DNA of 63,968 bases, counting the filler, from Octopus bimaculoides (Eukaryota), in NCBI RefSeq assembly GCF_001194135.2. It is 5 parts of 5 records of this genome, joined end to end, with 100 filler letters (N's around TTAATTAATTAA, not from the genome) between each part and the next. Parts side by side here need not be neighbours in the genome. Positions count along the whole stretch, not along the records: positions 25,286 to 49,771 come from NC_068986.1; positions 49,872 to 63,968 come from NC_068985.1; 3 more parts are not named here. One strand, 5' to 3'. Positions 39,409 through 51,286 of the stretch are shown here, piece after piece (within the stretch, counting starts at the first letter, position 1; each line of letters begins with the position of its first letter). The translations under genes and the position numbers were made by a program. The notes beneath the pieces are model-generated. The model made no database searches and was not told the origin of the DNA. It saw nothing but the letters and a program-made list of their open reading frames with translations.

Positions 39409-40129
39409 CGCGCGCGTTCGTACGTGTGTATGTAAGCATTAATAATTATATTTTGAAGAACCACCTTTCGGTGAGGTAACTATTGTATTTCGTGCGCTGA
39501 GACTCTTGCTTCAAGTCCAACAATGCGCACGACTCTTTTATATAAAAGCAAGGATGTAGTATAGACTTTTAAGATTTGTTAAGGCCTTGTCAAGCAGACG
39601 TACAATAGTAGAATTGTAGTGAAGCTACATAATGTCTTCGATGTTCCCTGTTTATGATTATTTAAAGTGATTTTATATTCATTATTCTTCTCACACATTT
39701 CAGATAATTTTTTCACATTGTCACAACGGAAAAGCAAAGAGAACTATTATTTTCTCATGGACAAATATGCTTTTAGATCTTTCTGGAATATATTAACTTC
39801 TTAACACATGAATAGAATAATAATACATTACAACATTCTAGATAGCATAGGTCACACGCACTTAACAAAGAATATAGTTTTCAAAGATATTCTCTCCTAT
39901 AAGACTAAACTGTCAGTACTTTTAGAAATAATTCATTTAAAAAAATTATGCACCCTATAGTTCTCTATGAACTTCCAACAATCGTGTAGTTTTGAAAAAT
40001 CTGTGGAATTTCCACTGGTATTACTAGTTTATTTTTTAGCTTGCTTTATATTAGAATTTGTGAATAATATTAGGTTGTTTCACATGAAATGTTGTATTTG
40101 AAAGGTAACAATAAAATGTTTCAGAAGCG

Positions 40130-41160
40130 ATAGAGAACTGATTTATTTAATCAAAGTATGATCCATGTTCATTTATGACGTTTACCCAATTTTTTTCTAT
40201 GTCATATATTCCATCTTTAAAAAAAAAAATTCATCTTTTGCTTCAATTACCTCTTCTCTATTAAAAACTGTTTTATTGCTTATGAAAAGCTCAAAATGCT
40301 TATATAAGTGGTGATCAGTAGGAGAGATATCAGGGGAATAGAGGAGATGTTGCAAAATCTCATAATTCAGGCTTTGTAACTTTTGGACCTTAGCTTGGGG
40401 AGTCTGAGGACGTGCATTGTCGTGGAGCAAAATTGGGCCATTTTTATTCACGAGTCTGGGTTGCTTCTTTTTCAAATTCTCATGCATACAAATCAATTTC
40501 ATGGCAATACGATGTTGCTGTTACCGTGTTTCCATGTTGCAAAAATGAATAATGAATAACTCCCTTCGCAGACCACCGTACAATGACCACTAACTGTCTA
40601 GGATGCAATGGTGGGTTTGAGTAGTGCATCTAATCACTGTACTGTTCTTCTGCTGTGGTCAAAGAGTATCCAGTTCTCATCACAAGTAATGATTTGATGC
40701 AAAAATGGTCTTTTTCCAGTTGAGAAAGCAATAAGGAGCACACTTCGAGGCGTTTGTTTTTTTAATCTCGTTCAGTTGATATGGGACGAACCTATCCGTT
40801 TTCTTGACTTTTCCAATTTTTTACAGGTGTCCAAAAACAGTTGTGCGAAATGTTTGGAGTTCTGGTGGAAGTTTTCGAACATTTGTTCTCGGATTTTGTT
40901 CAACCAAAGCATTTAATCCATCATTCCGAATAACTGATTTTGTCCTACACCTTGGTTTATTTTCAAGGCTATCATTTCCTGAACGAGAGCTTTGGAACCA
41001 TCTCTAAACAGTTCTGATGTCAACAAAACCATTACCAAAGGTCCACTTGATATTCCGTAGAGCGTCTGCGACAGAGTAACCCAGTTTGTACTCATACGAG
41101 AAAATCACTCAACATAGTTTGGTTATCATTTTTATAAGGTTTGTGGGTACAAATTTTGTA
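40130..41160 (-). mobile_element. mariner (DD34D) transposase pseudogene, near full length
   Basis: N-terminal YEYKLGYSVADALRNIKWTFG...RWFQ..GNDSLENKPR HTH-like region; LHDNARP...YSPDISPTD with 34 residues between the last two Asp; many stops and frameshifts. Confidence 0.85.
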
Positions 41161-41420
41161 TACCAATATTGTTGGAAAAGAAAAAGAGTCAAGATTAGAT
41201 GCAAGGTATACATAATTGAGTTTTTAAATGACTGAAATAAAAGTAATTAAAAATGCGACATTTCGTGTGAAACAATCTAATAGCATCGTTCGTTACACAT
41301 ACTATAATCCCTGACACATTGTGTTTCTGGCAGTGAAAATCACAGGGTGCATTCGTCTGTAACTCACTATAATAGAATTCGTTCTCAACTTCTTTCAGAG
41401 AACACATAGTTTTCGCGATA

Positions 41421-42660
41421 TAACAGGCTGAGTAAAAAGTAAGCAACATCACTATATATTTCAACAATGCGGGCATTTTATTCATCAAAGACAGTACCAT
41501 TACAATCAGTACATTTTTGCCAACGAGTTTGTTTATTCCGGTAACATAAAAACCTGGAGTTCTGGAGCTGATGAACGCTTTGAACACACTTTCAGCATCG
41601 GTTTGATTTTTGAACTCCTTCTCTCGCAGCAAACCATTAAGGCGCTTGAAAAAACGGCAGTCGGTAAGAGAACGGTCTGAGGAATAAACTGGGTGGGGAA
41701 GAACTTCGTATCCAAGTTCCCTCGACTTCGGGAGCGACATTAGTGAAACATGTGGTCGAGCATTGTCATGAAGAATGGTTGACCATCTTCTGCTGACCGG
41801 TCTGGAACGGAGGAGTAACAGATTTTCGTTCATTTTGGCAATTTCATAGCAATAAGTTTCTGCAATTAATGGTTCTTTTGTGTTTTAAGAAGTTATAGTG
41901 GATGAGTCCAGCAGTACACCACCAAACAGTCACCTTAACCTTCTTTTTGAGGAACTCGGATTTAGGGAAGATTTTCAGTGCTTCATTTTCACTGCAAAGA
42001 GCGTTTCTTTTTTTTTTTTATTATTGTACAAAATCCACTTTTCATCGCAAGTTACAAAACGGTAAAAAATGAATCGGTCTGGCTACGGAGAAGCGACGAG
42101 CAAATTTCATACCTGTGCATTTTCTTATTTTCGTTCAAATCGTGTAGTATCCATTTGTCGAGCATTTTTGATTTTTCGATCTCAGGCAAATGGTTGCAGG
42201 CAGTTTTCTAGCTAAGTTCTTTTGCCAGTTCTCGAGTGGTTTTACGGTCTTTAATTCACCGTCATCGATGACAGATGGGCGTCCACTACGCTCACGATAT
42301 TCAAGGTTCAGGTCTCCATTGCAAAATCGATTAAACCATTTTCGAGCTGACCACTCACTGGTCATTTCCTCACCAAACGTTTCGTTGATGTCACGAGCAG
42401 TTTCAGCTGCTTTACGTCCTTTTCGGAAGTTGAATAGCAAAATTGCGCGAATATCGCGCTTTGCCAGTTCCATTTCAGATGATTGTAACATAAGTGAAAA
42501 AAATATCAATGTTAATTTATTGATGCATTTGGGCAAGTTTATGTCTGTATTATCGGACAATTACAAAATCTGTTTTAAAAAAATTTTAAACTCAGCAAAA
42601 ATCCGGTACAAATTCTTCATTGTATGTGTGTTTGTGTGTCTGTTTTTACTCAACCTGATA
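41421..42660 (-). mobile_element. Second mariner (DD34D) element, pseudogenised, with imperfect TIRs
   Basis: DIRAILLFNFRKGRKAAETARDINETFG...RKWFNRF...RSGRPS; LHDNARPH...YSSDRSLTD (D34D); TIR-like TAACAGGCTGAGTAAAAA at 41421 and TTTTTACTCAACCTGATA ending at 42660. Confidence 0.88.
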
Positions 42661-43337
42661 CAAGGTTCAATGATACAGAAATATATATATATATANNNNN
42701 NNNNNNNNNNNNNNNNNNNNNNNNNNNNNNNNNNNNNNNNNNNNNNNNNNNNNNNNNNNNNNNNNNNNNNNNNNNNNNNNNNNNNNNNNNNNNNNNNNNN
42801 NNNNNNNNNNNNNNNNNNNNNNNNNNNNNNNNNNNNNNNNNNNNNNNNNNNNNNNNNNNNNNNNNNNNNNNNNNNNNNNNNNNNNNNNNNNNNNNNNNNN
42901 NNNNNNNNNNNNNNNNNNNNNNNNNNNNNNNNNNNNNNNNNNNNNNNNNNNNNNNNNNNNNNNNNNNNNNNNNNNNNNNNNNNNNNNNNNNNNNNNNNNN
43001 NNNNNNNNNNNNNNNNNNNNNNNNNNNNNNNNNNNNNNNNNNNNNNNNNNNNNNNNNNNNNNNNNNNNNNNNNNNNNNNNNNNNNNNNNNNNNNNNNNNN
43101 NNNNNNNNNNNNNNNNNNNNNNNNNNNNNNNNNNNNNNNNNNNNNNNNNNNNNNNNNNNNNNNNNNNNNNNNNNNNNNNNNNNNNNNNNNNNNNNNNNNN
43201 NNNNNNNNNNNNNNNNNNNNNNNNNNNNNNNNNNNNNNNNNNNNNNNNNNNNNNNNNNNNNNNNNNNNNNNNNNNNNNNNNNNNNNNNNNNNNNNNACAA
43301 GGGGGAGACAAGCACCTCCACCCAGCTAAGTCTGCAT

Positions 43338-43378
43338 CCAGAGACATGTTTCTGGGTCTTTGCTCGTCATCAGTCTGG
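43338..43378 (-). ncRNA. Partly decayed minimal type I hammerhead motif
   Basis: CCAGA-CTGATGA-CGAGCAAAGACCCA-GAA-ACATGT-C-TCTGG: perfect stem I, canonical core, palindromic stem III and GUC site; the left arm of stem II is mutated. Confidence 0.55.
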
Positions 43379-45913
43379 AGTAGCATGACCTGCTAGTCGA
43401 CATAATGACACAGGAAATGTGTCAAGGCCGACAGGAAGCGGTGCAGCTTCCTAGGTCTAACCAACAGTAGTATTATTCCCTTCAGGGGACTGTCACATTA
43501 AGTTGACAGCATACAACTACTTCATCGTATCACTACTGCATAAATCTCTCTGAGAGATTTAGAAATGTATTATTTCAAAAAAAGCCAACATCTGTTTTAA
43601 ATGAAATATGATTCATATTTTAGATGTAAATAAAATGGATACGATATGTTGATAACCACAAAGAAACGTTCAATTGGTTTGCACTTATACATGAACTGAT
43701 TTATGATTATACATAACTGCCAAAGAAAGGATATTTTGCATATCATCAAGTAATGTTACACATAAAACTTCCTGAAGAAACGTATGTTCTACGCTTAAAT
43801 AATACCTACTTCTATCAGATATAAAGCTCGCATACAGAATAAAAATCTAAAGGGAAAAGTCAATTATTACTGAGAGAATGTTTTCTAAAGACTGATTCAG
43901 TATATAAAAATATGACATGCAACATTTATTTTGTATGGTCATTAATCTGGATGTTATTTCTAGAGGGTTGCATAGTTTTATTTCCTATTTTCTTGGAACC
44001 AATGCAGACACTCAGCAGTGAATCTTGAGAAAGTTTCCTTCCTTTACAGACACTTGTTTAACAGTTTATCCAAACCTGATTTTGGATTTAACGTAGTCTC
44101 GTTAAAACAATCATTTTTCAATCATATAATGTTAGTTTTCTCCTCAGTACATATTATTAAAAAACGAAAGGTTTTAAAATTGTTTTGAAAGGCCATTATT
44201 GATCTAGCTTTCGTGTATATATCTGATCTACAAAACTTGCTATTTGCTTTATGACTCATTAATCTTTACGAAATAATCTTTCATTTGAATTTAACATGTT
44301 GAAAACATGTAACTGAATTTTTCTACTCTTCGTATAAATTTAAATAATATATTTGACTATACTTACAAAATGTTCGCTGATACTAAAAGCAAATAGAACT
44401 GTAATGTGTTTTTCTGTTTCACATATTTTTAAACAATAATTGAATGAGTTAATGTGAAGTTAGCTTTTAAGCTCATAGAAATAATTACCTTGCAGTTTTG
44501 CTAAAGCAACTATATTTCAACTGCCACACGCTTTCTGAATACATCGGGAAATTCAAGTTGTATGATAAATACCCCAACTGAAATTATCATATTCTTGATA
44601 TTGCCAATTGCTGAGAAAAAGTAAATTAAAGTATTTCTGAAATATCGTAAATAATGGATAAGGAACATCGTATTAGTTTTAAAATGTATTAAATTTGTTT
44701 CATTTCCCTAATTACGATACATTTTGAATATGCAAAAAGAAAATACACGATAAATCTTTGTAAAAAATGCAGATGAAAAATTTTCTTGCACATAGAAAAA
44801 TAAAGGAAAATTTTATAAACTGCAGACTTTGCTAGATAACTTTTTGGAAGGGAATTGAAATTAAGGCTGATAAAAATATTTTTTAACAAACTAGTTGATT
44901 TATTGTGGCTATACATACAAAAAATAAAGCATATATCTAATATATTATAACCGACTAAGATAAGCAAGTAATAAAAATAAGATGGATGATTATATTATAG
45001 CCATGTTGTGCTTATATTATGGATCATTACATTTGAAGAGGAAGCAATATTTGTTTAGTCATTGAAAATTTATGGTTTTCATTGAAGTTTAGCAAAAGAT
45101 ATATTTATGCACGAGTACCAAGAATTTTCATTAAACATTTTAAATCTAAGGTATTTTGCTTCACAAAATAAACCAATATTTCTTATTTTTGCAGTGAAAA
45201 TATCTTCTTGTGTATTTTTATTGGCTTTGTGTTGTGATATTGGCTGTGTCCGTATCCTTTGCAGGCTTGATTTTGATGAATTGGCTGTGCGCATGTCGCA
45301 GACTTGGTGTGGAGGATGTGAGTGGGCCCATGTACTTCATAGGCCTGCTAAGAAGGAAGAGAATGAGGCCACCACCTTTGCAGACCATTTGGGGTGGAAG
45401 GATTTGTCTTGGTACTCAACGCAGAACCTACGGAGATGGGAGTGTGTAGAATATACGGGTGATAACAGGAAACGAGTGAGTCTAGTGAGAGTGGAGGTGT
45501 TATAAGACTATCTACTTCTGAGGAGCAGAGGCCTGTATAGTATCTGTAGAAAATACAGAATGTGGAAACATGTGGTACGTAAGAGGCTGGAACATGCTAG
45601 AGTGCAACTTCTTGTCAATCAGTTTCATAACTTTAACTCTTTGAACGCAGAAAGTGGTTACATCTGCTCAAAATTTTATTACCCTTAATTGCGGAGAACG
45701 GTTTTACCCCATAGCTTTGAAAGCATCTTTCAGAAGCGGAGACACCCCTGAGATACTGTTTACAAAAGACAATTTTTTCAGATTTTCTTAAATTTCTCAC
45801 ATATTTCATCAAGTATCTCTATACAGAGCAAGAATCAAATACTTTTAGTGGAGCGTATGTAAACCGTACCTCGAAGAGATACTGAAAAAGTATTGCAGAA
45901 GCTGAGAATATCA

Positions 45914-45949
<36 letters not shown>

Positions 45950-47821
45950 GTAATTAACATCTTTACGGAAATGACAATGAAATTTAAGTACGCAGTCAAA
46001 AGGTTTTAAAAAATGGCATTTTACAATTGAATCAGTATGAAATAATCTATATTAAATGTTTGGAACCATAAAAAGAACAAGGAGTGCTATAAAGTGTAAT
46101 AAGCAGGCTAATAACCTGACAGTCTTTAATTATATTCGTCTGTAGTTTGGACTAAACCTGATGACAGAATTCAATGATATAACACACCTTGGATGTCGAT
46201 TCATTCAAATAGTGAACTTCTGATTAATATNNNNNNNNNNNNNNNNNNNNNNNNNNNNNNNNNNNNNNNNNNNNNNNNNNNNNNNNNNNNNNNNNNNNNN
46301 NNNNNNNNNNNNNNNNNNNNNNNNNNNNNNNNNNNNNNNNNNNNNNNNNNNNNNNNNNNNNNNNNNNNNNNNNNNNNNNNNNNNNNNNNNNNNNNNNNNN
46401 NNNNNNNNNNNNNNNNNNNNNNNNNNNNNNTATTTTTTAGACATGACCAGAAAACGTTCAAAATTATTAATATCCCCCATTGCTTTCTCATTTAAAAAGC
46501 ACAGCAGTGAACAAATTATAAACAAGCATTATGAATTATCTATAGATTTTCCGTAAGGATAACGCAATGCCTGACTTGAGGGAAAATATCGACTCGATCC
46601 TGCTTTGATGACTTAGAAGATAAACGGTAGCTTCCATGACCCTTTTGATGACCTCCAATGTAGGTAAGACAAGAGAGGTAACTCAGATTAGGAACCTGAC
46701 CTGAACGATTGCAACAAGTTAGATTCCATAAAAGGCACTCAAGGTAGTAGTAAACTGTGCGATAGATTAAGTCTTCCCCACCACCACCACCACCACCACC
46801 ATACAGGAATGGTCGTCCCAACAGGATTCCGCACATTTTTATTCCACAACTTCCACTCACAGCTTTGGTCGAGCTGAAGCTATGATAAAAGCTACCTACG
46901 CAAGGTACTGCACAGTTAGAGTGAACACGAAGCGACATAGTTCTAACTATAATCCCTAAGTTTAATCTTTCAAAATTATCATAAAATCTTTGATAAAGTT
47001 AAATGCCTTGGAATACCTTTCTTCGTATATTTTTGTTAGGTTATTTCACAAGAAAATTCGAATGAATAAATTAAAAATATAAATGTTCTGAGTAAATGGA
47101 AAATACAAATTTTCTATCACAAAGATATTATCAAAATATGCTCTGCATGCATCGTGTTGGTTTATCAAAGGAATGCTCAAGAAAATAATTTATAAAAATG
47201 AAACTCGTATATCTCTTGGTGTTTATTTGTTGAAATATTTTACTTTTAAGAAAAGTTAAAACATCGTTACAATGGATATCGCCTGAATATATTCCATGTG
47301 GTATGGAGGTTATTCTAACTTATAGAATTTTGAAACGGTATGTATGACATGTTATGCAGTATAACAGTTTCACACCGATTAAAATCTTTAAAAAAAAATT
47401 TCTATATCGCTCAGTTTTCAGTGAACCTTATATCTTGATGGAATGTTGCAGTAGTACTATTTGAAGACTAAATTTTCTAAGTAAAACCTGGTTTGATTAT
47501 ATCATGATGTTATATATTTCTGAGAGCTTAAGATATTGCATGTCAATCAACTGATAAGAATTCCAACGCGTTACATACATTTTTGTGTAAATTCATAATG
47601 TGCAAACTTGGTAGCATTAAATCAGAATATTATAAACTTAGGTGCGATCAGTTGATGAAATTTTAAAAAAACAAAATGCTGCTGTAGGCCTACCAACAGA
47701 CTCATGCGTAAGGAAAATATTTGCATAGTATATTTACCACTTATCACTTATCACACTCAAGACGAAGCAATACTATGCTCTCTTTTCATGAAATGTGTTA
47801 GATGTGGTGAACAGTAGCAAG

Positions 47822-47998
47822 TACGAAGAGCTGTTGAAAAGTTCCTGGCTTTGAGTAAAAGAAAATACTGGCGGATTAGTTAATTATGATTTTATTCAAC
47901 ATATTCTCCTCTCAAATCCACACACATATTGCAGCAGTCCTTCAGTAGGCCTTTCACTGTACCCTTAAAGCCGGGAACTTTTCAGTATGGATCGACAT
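47822..47998. mobile_element. Mariner-type MITE remnant
   Basis: Inverted repeat TGAAAAGTTCCTGGCTTT (47835-47852) / AAAGCCGGGAACTTTTCA (47967-47984). Confidence 0.5.
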
Positions 47999-49871
47999 TT
48001 ATTAAAGCATTTAACATAAAAAAATATTTTTGATTCATTTTAAAAGATGGAAGGAGGTAGAAACATCAACTTTAATGAGAGGTTGGCATACATAGTGGAA
48101 TGCTTGTAAAATATTAGTTTGAAATTTTGAAGGCCAGAAATTTCGTGGGAGGGGTTAAGTCGATTACATCGACCCCAGTACTCAACTGGTTTTCATTTTA
48201 TTGACCCCGAAATTATGAAAGGAAAATATGACACCGGCGGTATTTGAACTTAGAACGTAAGGTCGGAAAAAATGCCGCTAAGCATTTTATCAGCGCGGTA
48301 ATGATTCTACCAGCTCGCTACCTTACAAGGAGAAACTATTGGATTCAAATTTCGGCATAAGCCCAGCAGTTTCGGTGGGGAGAGGCTAGCCGATTATATC
48401 GACCCCAGTACTTATTTTCATGCTTAGTACTTATTCTGTTGGTCTCTTTTTGCCGAGCTGCTAGGTTATGGGGACGTAAACACACCAATACCGCTTGTCA
48501 ATCAGTGGGGGGAGACAAACACAGGTACAAACACACACACATACATACGTACACACACGCACGCACGTAAACACATGCACAGTTTCCGGCTACCGAAATC
48601 ACTCACAAGGCTGTGATTGACCCGAAGATGTAGTAGAAGACACTCGCAATGTATCTTCACTACATATCAGTTGTAGGCAGCCCTCGGTCTCAAGAGGCCC
48701 AAGAACTAACGAACTGTGTCATTCGATGATTGAAAATTGTGGAAGGAACAAAACAAGATACGTGAAGCAACTTCACTTCAGTGTTTCTTAACCGCTTTTT
48801 ACCTATGCACCTCTCTGATAACTATTTCATTCCGGGGACCTTCATAGCTTTTCAGTGTTTAAAAAATAATTTTATAGACATTTCTTTCAAAATTCCTATT
48901 TTGCTTTTCACAAGTTCACTTGTATAGGTTTGCAATTGCACTCTCCAAGAGATCCTATTTCAGTAACTGCAAATACGTTAAGCATTTGAGTAAGAAATCT
49001 AGTCATTTTATGCAGTATATAGGTCTAAAGCAAGTTAATTAAAGCTGAAAGAGAAAATTAATGATAAAAGTTAAACTTACCCTAATTCGACAGCATATTA
49101 AAAGTAACTTCAGTAAATACTTAATTAAAAGAATAAAATATACGTTCGTCGACCTCGGTGGAATTTGAACTCAGAACGAAAAGACATACGAAATACCGCG
49201 AGGAATTTCGCCTGAGGCACAACGTTCCTGCCAACTAGTCAATTCAGAATATTAGCATTCGCTTTAGAAATATATTCTTATCTGAACATTATTGTTTGGA
49301 GCGTTACTTCATATTTCCTCGCTTACTGACAATAAATTTCATGACATTTCACCTCATAACTTTTTTCTACTAATTTTTGTTCAATGTGACTAACGATTCT
49401 GAATTCTTCATGCTTTTTTCTATCATTTAAGCCTAAGAAAACTATACTTTTATTTTAAAATGAAAAAAAATTATGTTAATTGAAGATGAATAGGTGCCTT
49501 ACTGCCCACCTTTAGACTTCATATATTTTGATGTAACTTTATTTTTTCTACTGAACCAAATCTCAAACTCAAGCCGAAGTGTAGCTGAGGAGGTGTCCTC
49601 TTTAAAACTGTTAACAGTTTGCAATTTAGTTGAGAACTGAATTAGTGGCGAAGCTTGGAAGCTGCTGCGATTGACGAAATGGTGGACTTAAGAATATATT
49701 CAACCACTACCGTGGTTGAATGATATACACACACTTACATACATTCATATATGTATACACACACACACACANNNNNNNNNNNNNNNNNNNNNNNNNNNNN
49801 NNNNNNNNNNNNNNNTTAATTAATTAANNNNNNNNNNNNNNNNNNNNNNNNNNNNNNNNNNNNNNNNNNNN

Positions 49872-49923
<52 letters not shown>

Positions 49924-50322
49924 ACACGTATTATGTATTTGTACATTATATATATATATAAACATAATATGTGTATGTGCACATATATAGATATACATAT
50001 ATGCATATATGCATATATATAGATTTAAAGTGCATGCATATATGCAAATACATACATGCATATATGCATATATATGCATATATATACAGTTGATAGATGT
50101 GAATCTGATATTCTCCGTAGAGAATACATTTGGTAGTGCCCAAGAGATTTAAACTTGAGCAAGTATAGAAGTAGATGTAGGGATAAGCAAGTTAGAGATA
50201 TCAATATATAATGTATATTAAATACATGTAATACAACAAATGTATATATGTATACATATAAAAAGTCTGACTTGTGAAGAATACAAATGGCATAGAGAAT
50301 CAAAGTGGTTGAAAAGAATTAT

Positions 50323-50586
50323 TACAAATCCAACAGCTGTTTCTGCGGGCTCGGTGGTCCAAAATAATAGTTGCAGATTGATTCCATCTCCAGGGAAAAG
50401 ATCTTACGTTTGAGGTGTTAAAGCTAAGCTCTTCACAAAATCATTCCATCTTTGAACGTCTTTCCTTTAACACCTTATATGTAAGATCTCTTCTCTGAAG
50501 ACGGAGGCTCTTCTCATCCTACGATGGAATTAATCTACAAACATTATTGGACCACCGAGCCCCAAGAAACAACTGTTGGATTTGTA
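50323..50586. mobile_element. MITE with long inverted repeats and TA flanks in S-crystallin intron 5
   Basis: TA-CAAATCCAACAG... at 50323 and ...CTGTTGGATTTG-TA at 50586; arms 50325-50388 / 50524-50584 plus inner arms 50395-50423 / 50465-50493. Confidence 0.7.
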
Positions 50587-50648
50587 GTACTGTGCTTCAA
50601 CCTCTTTAATTCTCTATGTCATTTGTATTCTGTGTAATTCGAACCTTT

Positions 50649-50727
<79 letters not shown>

Positions 50728-50991
50728 TTGCAAGATTTTTTATATATATATATATACAGTGGTAATATGTTTCACGGAAAGATGACAGTGAGTCAATTGG
50801 AGGACAGTAAAAGAAGACGCAGAGGATGCAGACAAGCCTATAGCTCATAAGTCATCAACCGAAATCCTTACAAATTCGACGCTTTTATGGAGACAGATTT
50901 TATGGAGACAGATTTTATGGAGAAGATGGAGTATAAAAAAAGCATTTTGTAAACGTAAACATAGAAATATACACCACACTGTTACACCTAC

Positions 50992-51099
50992 ATGGTCACC
51001 CAGGAAGAATTGGTTTCCACCGTGTTGCATCTCCAAGCATCTCTCTAAAAATGGAAGAACTCTGCGACACGTCTCCTGGAATCTCATGCGCATCTCCAT
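50992..51099 (-). CDS. S-crystallin exon 5 (108 nt)
   Basis: Acceptor ttatccttacag|ATG and donor CAT|gtaggt; encodes [36 protein letters not shown]. Confidence 0.96.
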
Positions 51100-51140
51100 C
51101 TGTAAGGATAAATATCAATTTATTAGGAACAGACAGATGA

Positions 51141-51180
<40 letters not shown>

Positions 51181-51217
51181 GTAGGATGCTAGATAAAGTT
51201 GAGAAGATGGATGGATA

Positions 51218-51286
<69 letters not shown>

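Noticed and set aside
46546-46700. Two TGATGA motifs suggesting a C/D snoRNA, or a plus-strand exon
   Set aside because: No convincing terminal stem or C/D pairing, and all three frames contain stops.
47760-47825. TGC TAC TGT (CYC) on the minus strand as the missing S-crystallin exon 6
   Set aside because: Flanking translation (CYCSPHLTHF) does not match ALENP/YPKL and there is no suitable acceptor.
50789-50795. AP-1 sites TGAGTCA (also 54224-54230) in crystallin introns
   Set aside because: A 7-mer is expected several times by chance in 64 kb, and another copy occurs far from the gene (about 27335).
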